Assembly (NCBI RefSeq): GCF_000150275.1
Contig: NW_002060944.1
Location: forward strand, 6,361,102-6,425,101
Direction of reading: 5' to 3'
DNA length: 64,000 nucleotides
Source: Trichoplax adhaerens
Taxonomy: Eukaryota; Animalia; Placozoa
Shown: positions 24,901 to 36,100 of the stretch, piece by piece
Numbering within the stretch: the stretch's first letter is position 1
Layout: every line of letters starts with the position of its first letter
The notes under the pieces: generated by a model
Told to the model about the DNA's origin: nothing
Database searches by the model: none
The model's input: only the letters and a program-made list of their open reading frames with translations
Program-made: the position numbers and the translations under genes

Positions 24901-27636
24901 CTCTGGACAAATTTGGTTGTGACTTCTGTGTTCACTCAGGTAATAAAGATTTGACATAGATTATAAGGCGCATTTTTATCATTACCTAATAAAGAGAGCA
25001 TATTCTGAGCTAACTGATCAACGTGCACTCTGTGTAGAGGACATTGCTTTAACTGCCGAAGGAGTTGATGCTTATGCAGAAATTAAGGCGGCTGGTAGAT
25101 ATAGGTAATACATATGAATAAAAATAAAAGAGACTTTAATGTGTAGTAGATAAAAACTTTTTTTAACCAATAGTTGGATAATCCATACGGATATAGAACA
25201 ATATTGTATGTTGCGATCTTTTATTGCCAATTATAGCATCACGTAAATGCATTTAAAAGATACTTAAATATATGATAATGACGAAATATATATATGCTTG
25301 TTAAATGGGTATTTTTCTCGCTCTGGCTGTTCATTAGGTTTAGCAAACGTACACCTGGAGTTTCCACAACTGATTTAATAGGAAGGTTAGTGATATAATC
25401 AATGTGATCAATAAAATTGTTTCTATTATACGGTAGCGCGTTTATGGGACATTAAAAAGAGAAAATAATAAAAATTCTTTTAAATATTCTAGAATAGCAT
25501 CCAGATTTGTAGAAGATTACAATAAGAATAGCCAAATTAAAGAAGTGAGTAATGATTAATATTAATGTGGATCTTAATACGATGCGTAAGATTAACAACG
25601 GTTTACGTGCGTTAAATAATTTTATAGTCTCCTTGGACGACCATGGGGGGTTCTTGCCCAACATCACAAATCATTGCACTCTTTTCTTCCCTACGAGAAG
25701 CAAATGTAATCGATTGTGATAACTTGACAAAGTACCATTAGCAAATTTATTGTATGTTCATACTAATACTTGCGCATTAAATTTTTTTATAGTCTACCGA
25801 CAAGATAATTTACGTTCCTGGAGCCTTCGACTGCTTTCGTATCCTTCCTACTGTAGATACAAATCATAGTGAAAAAATCAAATATTTTCAAAGTACTTTA
25901 ACAGTTATTAGATACTATGCGATCAGTGGTATTTAATCGACTAAAATGCTATACTTTAAAAGGATACGTAGGAAATATCTTCCATAATTTATTCAATTTT
26001 AGATATTGGGCACGTAAATTTTCTGGAATCAATTCGCAAGCATGGCAGTTATATCATCGTTGGTCTATATTCGGATGAGGTAAAGTGAAATATGAAGGTA
26101 TTGACTGGTATTTGATATTTTATAATCCGTTATTGATTTTATCTAGACTATACGAAGATATAAAGGTCATAATTTTCCAATAATGACATTACACGAGCGG
26201 CTATTGAGTGTATTAGCTTGTAAAGTAGGGTATTTGTATCAATTCAGCTGAACTTACTTTATGAGTGTTGCAATTTTTAAAGCTGTATTTATCTACATTT
26301 ATGTTATGTATAGTATGTTGATAACATCGTTATTGATGCGCCCTATAACATCACAAGTAATTTTCTTGAGAGATTTCAGGTATTTTAAATGGAAGGAGTG
26401 ATTATTACGTCTAATAAATCTAGAAATGATAGTAATATGTCCTTTATTGATCATTTAATTATCTATACAGTACAGCACATACTATATCAATTGATATTAT
26501 CTGGCTTAACTTTCAACCGCTTTTCTAATATTGTAGATTGATCTTGTTTGCTGTGGTCAAGCAGCAAATTCTATTAAAGTAAGTATATGTTTATATTGTT
26601 ATGACGTCATTTTTAGTCAAGTGAAAGTAGAATAAGTTCTCTTATAGTTTTTATCACTCTTATTCTGTGTTATAAACGTTAATACGATAAACTATAACGG
26701 GATGACTGACAGTTCTTTCTTAAGAGTATCTGTTAAAATTGATATGGTAAGTATTAGTAATTTTGTCTATGTTATCCTGCAGATTAACGGAACTGAAGAT
26801 CCTTATAAGGTATTTAACGATACAGTATTATATAGCTTGTATTGATTGAAAGTAGATATAGAGGCTTTTATTTTTAACAATTATTCCCAATTGTTAGCTG
26901 ATGAATTATAATTTTAATATTTCAAATCTGGAAGGAACCTAAACGTCAAGGAAAACTTAAGATAGTTGATAGTGGCTGTTCCTTTACAGTTGAAAATTTG
27001 ATTAATCGTATTCTGAAAGATAGGTACGGTTTTTTATGTTATAAACTCAAAAAAGTTATGCTCGGTACATTTCTAGGCTAGGTCCCTACTCATTATTTTT
27101 CATCATAATTTGTTAGTATTGGGTATCTTGTAAATATACTTTACGTAGAAAGAGGGCATAAATAGTCAAATAGCCATATAATTAGCATCGATAATTTTAG
27201 TATTTAGTAAGAATCATGATATACTGCTAATGATAACAAAGATTTGGTTAAGATATCTTAGATTAGAATATGCAAGTGTAAAATTAGAGTTATTACTAAA
27301 CTATAAATATCTAAGTGATATAATTACGGCATTTTATTGAGCAATAAGTAAACGTACTATGATATTGCTAGACTTTACGGTGTCAGCCGCATTACGAGTA
27401 CTTATGTCAATGATTGTAAAACTGATTATTTATGACGATCATTTTTTTACATTTATAGGTATAATATTATTTAAAGCATCATAGTAGCATTTGCACTAAT
27501 TTTTAACTTATATTATCAACTTATACGGCGTGCTTACAGGAAGCTCTACGCGAAACGAAATCAGGACAAAGCAAAGAAAGAGATAACTCAGTATAATTTA
27601 TGGCAAAAAATACAAACTGAAGCTGAAGCAAAATAA
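21915..27636 (+). CDS. PCYT2: Ethanolamine-phosphate cytidylyltransferase (two cytidylyltransferase domains), 18 exons
   Basis: Manually spliced exons starting near 21915, 23713, 23964, 24583, 24731, 24864, 25039, 25338, 25493, 25628, 25793, 26003, 26147, 26313, 26537, 26783, 26935 and 27540 give [79 protein letters not shown]. These are colinear with animal PCYT2 and include both HxGH motifs; stop TAA at 27634-27636. Confidence 0.92.
25839..26002 (+). other. Candidate U12-type (minor spliceosome) GT-AG intron in PCYT2
   Basis: Donor GTATCCTTCC matches the U12 consensus RTATCCTT; branch-like TCTTCCATAAT lies ~14 nt before the AG; the intron splits the His codon in AFDCF-H-IGH. Confidence 0.7.
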
Positions 27637-29622
27637 GTATTTTGGCAATTTAGATACTCTGCTTATTTAAAACATCCTTGCATGAGAGCCCTCTGCAAAT
27701 AATTTAATAAAATATTGGCGTTGCGTGTTTTATCTTAAACGCCATGTTTTTATGCTTACAGTCAAATTTGTTCTATTAAAAGGAGATGGATGATTCTCTA
27801 TTTTTAGTATTATTAATGCGAGATATGGTGGACTAGAGGATTTATTATTAATTGGTGTACAAATTATCCTTAAGTGGATATTTTTACCAGCCTATATTTT
27901 TGATTACCAAAGATTATTAAATATTCTTACTATAAGTTAACATTTGATAATTTATTTTGTTTTAACATCATACCTCTAAGTTTAATATTTTATATTTTGC
28001 TTACAGTAATTATAAGTTTTAATTACTCGATTAATACCTGATATGTTTGATGTTTCTTCATGATTCGCTAGAGTGATTTTATTAAAGGTAATTTTTTTAA
28101 TTAATGTTTGTTGAATCATGTATGTTTCTATATTTTTTAGATGTAATGAATAAGCAAAATATGCTAGTATATGTTAGCTTTACTACATTAACGCTGAACT
28201 AAAACAAGCTCACCTAATCACCTTTATTGAAAATACGTAATATCAGTATTAAAGACAGCACTTTACCGTAGATATATAGTAAATTGCTAATAAATGAAGT
28301 ACCTTGGTCATAAATACGGGTATAATTAGTAACCAACAGTCATACTGTGCTTTTCGTCTACACTACTTTGGTCGTAATTGTCTAGCATCAAGCCAAAAAA
28401 ACTTAAGTTAGATTGTCCTTCGGCTGAGCTAGGTAACTAAAGTATGAATTATGTCAATCTTCATTAAAAGATCAATTTATTCCTAGAAGGATTTATCGAG
28501 TATCCCTCTATTAAATAACGTTAATAGCTTGATTTTATGTTTCAGTTGTGATCTGAGACTATCGAGAAATTTAGTAGCAATACCTGGATTAAACACAACC
28601 TTTACAGGCGTAGTTTTTTTTTAGCGTAGTCTATTTTGTTATGATGGTTATGTGTTCTGTAGACTAATGATATCTTTAACTAAGGTTAATTTAGTTCCTG
28701 GCTACACTGGATTTATGATTATATTATACTATTAACGCTTAACATCTACTATATTAAATCTACTGATGCGCAAAACATTATTGCTCATCGTGCAGATTCA
28801 AAGTCAAATCCTTAATGAATCAGCTCCTTAGGAATGTTTAAGCTTGTAGGGAAGTCTCAGTAGAGTAAACTAATCGTGGACTACATAGCATGATGAGTGC
28901 TAATTTAACATCTGGAAATAGGAATGTATTAGAAAACTACCCAAACTAAGTACAATATCTCGTCGGGCACGTTTTAAAGTTATTACAGCTGTACACTCCC
29001 ATTGAACCTGTATTTAGCGCTAGCCATGCAATCATTTCATTAAGTATAGCTACATTTTTGAAGTGGTGATAGCAGTAGGCGTTTAGATGGATCCCAAACG
29101 TGTTATAGGATATATTTCAATCATTCTATACTACCTACAGTACAGTGATGGAATTATTTCCGTTTTCTTACCCGATGTCTTTATCCATGGGCTCGACTGG
29201 CGACTAAAGCGCCGGCCGGCCTGGCTAATCCTCCACTTGTTTTAGTTACCATACTGTAATAAGGGTACTGCCTCGTTAGGGTCATATTGTAATAAGACGT
29301 GACTAACTAACTCATTAAAGAGCGTACCAAGTGGAGTAGAATAGAGTACAGTACTGAATTTTACAGTTTCTATAGTTACCATAGTCTAGTACTGTACTAT
29401 TACGTGTACACCACTGAGAGAACTATAGTATTAAGTTGCAGGACGATTAAGTGGACTTTAGAGCTACGGATCGAAATGGCGAGTGGAAGTTTCAAGGCAA
29501 ACAGCGCGAGAATTGGATCAATTTAATTTGAGGAGAAGTAAAAGTTATCGTAAAAAACGTAGTCAAGAATTAAAAGGTAACTGATTAGATTGCAACTATC
29601 ATCAAGCATGAAAGCATGAAAA

Positions 29623-31407
29623 ATGGCTGAAAAATCGAGCAAAACGATTGATAATTCCAACATTTTACGCATTGCCGCCAATATTGTCGATGCAGGCGAT
29701 CAAGAGGTCGTCCAGCTACTGTTGGAGTTGCAGCAAAAGCTGAATGATGCACCTAGCAACGCTGCGCAAAAATTACGCCATGATGCATTTGAGCTTGGTC
29801 TACTGGATGTTTGCTTTTCAACGCTATTAAATAGTGATTATAAGGAGGTAGATGGGAAATGGAATTCAGTGGCGAAGATTGTGGAATTAGTTTGCGATAT
29901 CTGCTCTGTTTTACAACCTGATCAAGATCAGGATCAAGCCAATCAATTCGAACAAGCTGTATTATATGCTGCTGAAGTGTTATTAAAAGTAGCCAATATA
30001 GTACATAAAGATGTTCACCAATCCAAAGCACAATCCATGGAGATTCGTATAGAGGTCACTAGGGCATTTCGAATAGTATTAGATGGAATGATCTGGTTAG
30101 TTAGTGCTCACTCGTGGCTAGCATTGTTTGTTTTACAAGCTAAGAGTTATATCGCTTTACTCATGTCCGGCGAAAATGATACCGCAAGCACCATTATTTC
30201 AATTATAACCAATTTTATATCGATTCGTCCAGGAATATGTAAAGAATTACAAGAGGATGATATTAACAATATTATGGACGAATTAATTTATAAACTTACA
30301 ACAACAAATGAGATCGTCATTGCTAGTACAATTACTCGTTTATTATTGACAATTATTGAAGATAATTCCAATATATCCTTAACATTATATGAGCGTTACA
30401 AGGGTCTCAAGCAATTAGTAAATCGATGGATAGGTAGAGGTTTCGACAATGCATTAAAGCAATTCATTTATATCTTAGATAGTGGTAGTGCTAAAAGTGC
30501 TCATGAATATCGTATCAATCATGCTGCTACTATCATACAATCAGCCTTTAAGGGCTATAAAGAACGAAAAAAGTTGAAATCTGCACAACAAGCCATGACA
30601 AAATTGCAACAGAAAATTCGTAAGCGTGTGCAAGATAAGATTGCTAAACGTATTCAAGACAAAGAAGTGGAAGTAGCTAAGCGAGAAAGGGATATAAGAA
30701 AAAGGAAAGATATGTTGAAATCGAAAGAGAGGCAATTGCAGGCTTTAAATGCTATACCAGCTGCTAAGATGGCCGAATATTTTACCAAATCTGAAATGTT
30801 AGCAGCTACGAAAATTCAATCAGTTTGGCGTGGATTGGTTGCAAGACGAAAATTTAAAATCGAATCAGAAAATTTGCGCCAGTGGCGAGCCGCTCGTACT
30901 ATTCAACGTTGCGCTAGGAAATTTCTTGATAGATTACGCTCAAGAAAACTTCAAGCCGCTGCCAAAGAATCTTTAATGCCACCCGGTTTAGATGATCAAC
31001 GTCGAACTGAATTGATGACTATTGTTGAAAAGTTTAAAAAGCAGCATTCAGAAGTCGAAAGAAGTCAAGAAGAAATCGAAGAGATGCTATATGATATCGA
31101 AGATATATTGACACATTATTGGTCGTTTTTGCCCAATTGGCGGCGTAAACAATATGAAATGGATGCTTTAGTTGCTAGAATTGAAACAGAAACTGAATTA
31201 TTAAATGAGGCCCCAAGCCTTTCTGAAGTTCAACCTGAAGATTTAGAAAAATTTACATGTTATTCTCAACCGATTGTTCGAAAAGCACAAGAGGAAGTCC
31301 AAGCAGATTTAAAGGCATTAGAAGAGCCATGGTGGAAGCACTTAGGTGGTGATTCAGATTCAGATGACGATGACTTATTTCCTGAATTTCCAAAATTACG
31401 AAATTAA
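29623..31407 (+). CDS. IQCB1: IQ calmodulin-binding motif-containing protein 1 (nephrocystin-5), single-exon CDS
   Basis: 594-aa ORF with an N-terminal helical-repeat region, IQ motifs (AATIIQSAFKGYKERK, AATKIQSVWRGLVARR, AARTIQRCARKFL), a coiled coil, and C-terminal PWWKHLG plus acidic tail typical of IQCB1. Confidence 0.88.
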   Translation: MAEKSSKTIDNSNILRIAANIVDAGDQEVVQLLLELQQKLNDAPSNAAQKLRHDAFELGLLDVCFSTLLNSDYKEVDGKWNSVAKIVELVCDICSVLQPDQDQDQANQFEQAVLYAAEVLLKVANIVHKDVHQSKAQSMEIRIEVTRAFRIVLDGMIWLVSAHSWLALFVLQAKSYIALLMSGENDTASTIISIITNFISIRPGICKELQEDDINNIMDELIYKLTTTNEIVIASTITRLLLTIIEDNSNISLTLYERYKGLKQLVNRWIGRGFDNALKQFIYILDSGSAKSAHEYRINHAATIIQSAFKGYKERKKLKSAQQAMTKLQQKIRKRVQDKIAKRIQDKEVEVAKRERDIRKRKDMLKSKERQLQALNAIPAAKMAEYFTKSEMLAATKIQSVWRGLVARRKFKIESENLRQWRAARTIQRCARKFLDRLRSRKLQAAAKESLMPPGLDDQRRTELMTIVEKFKKQHSEVERSQEEIEEMLYDIEDILTHYWSFLPNWRRKQYEMDALVARIETETELLNEAPSLSEVQPEDLEKFTCYSQPIVRKAQEEVQADLKALEEPWWKHLGGDSDSDDDDLFPEFPKLRN

Positions 31408-33153
31408 AGTTGATGCTATCTAATCTAACTTTGTTAGTGCGAATATATTTTTATATTTACACGCTATTAGAAGTTTTGTAAATTTTATAAGAAAGATGAT
31501 AACTACCTTAGAATAATTTATTTTCGCTATATTTATAGTAGGTTTAGCAATAATCGATGTTTTAGCTTGGAATGGCAATTATAATTATATAATTTTGACC
31601 AGCTATCTCTGTAACATGAAGAATTTTGGAATCTTACGTTTTATAGGATTATAAGAATGAATCATATTAAAAAAATTTTATAGTTATTAGCAAGTGTATA
31701 GTGTCTACTTTTTATTTATACTTGACTTTGTACATGAAACAAATAAATTATTCCATTTATAACTCAGTATAATAACTTTAACTCTTGTTCATCGAATAGC
31801 ATTTTATATTTATGTGCAAAGCATTCAAACCAAATTGATATTTTTTTGGTCCAACTATAGTTGAACTAGACATTCCAATGCAAGTGGTCGAACGTACAGT
31901 ACAATTAGACAATCGTCTACTGGTTGCCTTCTTAATTCACCTTTATCTAATGTAGTTATTACTTAATGTAATAGATTTGGATTTGAATTTATTTTACGAT
32001 ATGAAATTATATCGTGTAAGTACACGAATTATTAACATAAATACTTGAAACAGTCTTCAAGTGTGAGTATTATCAACATTGTAAGTCATTAGACTGTTAG
32101 ATAATTTACGAAAGGTAACGAATATATTAGGTGCGTCGATTGACATATTGTGATTTTACTGAACAATTACTAATTATACTACGTTACCTAGATAGTATAA
32201 TCTACTAGTCGAAATCGTCGTTGCCTATTTCTTTCCCAGTTAAGATGAATAAACGAAAGTTGTAAGGGCTTAGACGTCGATGTAATTGTAAGCTTTCTAA
32301 ATGCTGTTATAATGTAGATGCGTCCTGTACCATATATGAATTGACTAAAATTTTACCACTTTACATTGGATCTATATGTGTACTAATTACAAGTTTGGTT
32401 ATGAAATGTTCAAGATTATTTTAGATATTCTTATTGAATAATGATTATAATAGAATTTTTCCAAAGGCTCAATAAAAAGTTAAATAATTATAAATCATAC
32501 ATCTTTATTTGTTAACATTTTCGTTATCGCAATAAATGCTTTTAAATCTTGATAACATCTCTTCGTGCTATTATAAAGCTAGGAACTCTTCGGTTAAGGT
32601 TACCGGAGAGGTTATTATCTACTCAATAGAAAATTTCATAGGAAACAGAGTTTGTCAAAAGACTTGTTACGATAATCATAATATCAATTGTATCTTCCAT
32701 ATAATACAGTACACCTGAGTTTAGTTAATATAGAATACTGACTGCACACTATATTAATGATATAAACCACATGACATGAACATCACGAAATTGATCTTGA
32801 AGCTAGATTTGTTTCAATAATAATTTAAATATTCAACAATCATTTACGTAATAGCTATTAGAATATCGTATATGCACAAAGTTTAAAAAAGATATGATTG
32901 CATCAAACGAGAAGAAATGCAATCGAGTTAAGAATACACAAAGAATTGATTAGATCAATTTTTGCATACCTTATTTTGATGTAGAATAACATGCTATTAG
33001 AATTTATTTAATACATTAGTAATGAATAAAAAATTTTTAAATAATAATTCAGTTAGTTATGTCGAATTAGTAGATTGAGTAACGCTGCCCTTAAAAATTT
33101 TAACGCCATATGTCTACCTATGGTTATCGAACAGTGAAATCAAAACACGCAGC

Positions 33154-36100
33154 TTAGTCAATATTGGAAAATCGGGAAGACAGAGATGTATCTAGTAAAT
33201 GTTTAATGCCAGCTTCATTGATACCGAGGGATATATATTTGCAGTAATGATAAAATCTATAAAAGAAAATATGCGAAAATATTAAACTTTTGTATCTCAT
33301 AAATCTAACGATATCCATAAAGAGTTTATTAAATACCTTCTTTTCTTGCTTGTCTTTTTACGAATATCTTCTGATTGTAGAATAGTACGTAATGACGGCA
33401 AATAATCCATAGCAATAGCCCGTCGATTTAACAGTTGAGAGTTTGGTAGAAAGGTAGGTGAAATCTCATGTACACGCACCAAATCGTTCTATTCCTTTAA
33501 ATAGAAAGTCGAAGGGGACTGTGTTAGATAAGAAACTTGAAGAATATTGTAAAACTATCAAAGGTATTTAACCTTAATTTTTCCACATAATCAGGAGATA
33601 GCCGCAAATCGTTACTATAAAAATTTTCAGAATTTGACAGATTACATGCATCGATGCCTAGTATACAAGAGAGTAATTAAAAATTTGCAATACTGTATTA
33701 ATGCTTTATTGGATTATTGTATGGTATCATTCGTCAGAGAGGTATTTACTTATTTCGAAATGTGTATCGTATTCGTATTGAATAATGATAATACAGCAAG
33801 TAGTATTACATTCGAACAATGGTAATACCTTTTCGATATGAGTCTTCGAAGGCAGTCTTAAGATTGATACTGCAAGCTTCAATACTAGTTGATTCAATTG
33901 CTTCTCTGATTTCATAGTTAACTTGTGCATTATATAAATCGAGCACATCACCTTCATTTATTTCAAAACTAGATTCAAGGCTATCCCTAATGGAATTATT
34001 AATGTCGTTCATTTCCTCGTCGAAATCTTTACAAGTCGAAGAAGTCAGCAGGCCGGAATCCATGAAGGAATTATTTACAAGAAAATCAGTCATTATGGCT
34101 AAAGATTTTCTCTCAAAGTCCTTAGATGGTAAGGAGCTATGAGTCGAAGATTCTTCTCTGGTTACTGGTAAATCGCTTATATCAGCGTCAGTTGATTTAT
34201 TTTCATTAATAGCATCTAGATCTGCACATAACGCGGTAGTAGAATAAGCAGCGATGAAAGGTAAACAGTTACAATACGATAAATGTAAATTTCGCGATTG
34301 TATACATGTAGTTGTATAACAGGTCGAACATCCCTGGGACGATATTTCGTTAGTATTATTCCAATTGTCAAGAAAATGATTGAAGAATTTTCTAAATTCA
34401 GCCAATCCAAGGTGACATTCAATCAAATTATCAATATTTTTAGGGAAAGTATGCGGAAATGAAGCTGGATCAACTGTGGTATTGGTGCTATCTATCGGGT
34501 TATTCACATTGCTATCCAGAGTTTCCAAACTATGACAGTCTGTAGATTTGACTTTGGAGTTTTTGTCATTGTCCATCATATCAGTTTTATAGTCAAGTAA
34601 TGGATGCTCAATCCAAAATTGTAGCGCAAGTAAAGTACGTCGAATATCAAATTTACATTCTCGGTAAATTGTGATGATATCCTTCTTATCGGTTACAGCT
34701 CCTTCAACAAGACACATTACTTGCATGTTGACAGCCACTAAATTCTATCGATAGAACATCATAAAATAAGGTTTGATGTATACAATTAAGAACTAATTGA
34801 AGTATAGAGACATACATTCGAGGGTGCGTTATATATAAGATGACCATACGGAAGTTTTAGATTGTGTAATAACGCTGTATCTGCAAAAGACGAAGTAACG
34901 TCAACGGATGTTAACATAAAGTCAAATAATCAAAAATTGCATTGAATATTACCACTGCATGTTAAAACGATTGGAACTTTGGTATTTTCCATTAAAGAAT
35001 TTACAGCGGACCAAAAACCTTCGTCAATATCGAATAAAAGGTCAACCTAAACCGTGTTTTAAATGTATGATTTTATTATTATCATACGCATACAGTAATT
35101 ACTATTCTTGTTTTGTTGTACGCGTACCATTATCGTATGTTATGTAACAGAAATTTTCAAACCTCTTCAAAAAGTATTACTGTCATACTGAGTTTCTTTA
35201 GTTCAGACGAGGGCGTTTTAGGTTTCGAAGTTATTAGATTGCTGCTGGAATCTTTCTTGCTTACTTTCTTTCCGACAACAGGATTACTTTTAAGATTTTT
35301 AGGGTCCGATTTACTATCTACTTTATCGTTTAAGTTCGGAGTAAAGTTTACTTGATGCGACTGTGTAGCTTCTCTAAGCTGTGACATAATAAGTTTACCA
35401 GAGCGCTTAAAAGACGCATTAACTTCAATAACCTAGATAAATAATGTTCGTTATGTATATTAGTACCAGAAAATAATGTCGTATAGTATAATAAAATTAC
35501 GATGATAGCACATAATTTCTTCATACTTGCATTCCTAATTGTTCAGCACATGCATATACGGTAGCTGTTTTTCCACTTCCCGAAGGTCCTGATAGTAACA
35601 TAGTATTGTAATTGTAGGAAATTTCATCTATATGTTGTCTCAAGGATTCAGTCTGAAAATCATCATCTTCTTCGCTATCCCAAGCGCGTGATGGTTGCTT
35701 TTTCGAGTAATTACCTAGGCATCAAGGTTTCTTATTTTAATGCTATAAATTTAACCTTGCCATAATTAGCTATTGTTAAAAATCATTAGTTATTACCATG
35801 TTTTTCGCTTTTAACGTTAAAGTCATTTAGTTTAATTTTCCAAATTTTCAGCCATTTATAAAATTTGTTTACTACTTTTTTATTACCAATCATTTCTGAA
35901 TGGTTTCGAGGACGATATTTCTCAGTCCATAACGTATCTGCGACTGGACCAGCAAAAGGTTTATTTTGAGCTTTGCCATTATTATTCGTATTTCCAGGTT
36001 TAGGTAGCTTATCAACATTAGCATCCATGCTTTCAGTTTCGCCGTCTTTTCCTGAATCTGCTTTAATATCGCGATTTTCTAGGTCTACCGTAATACATTC

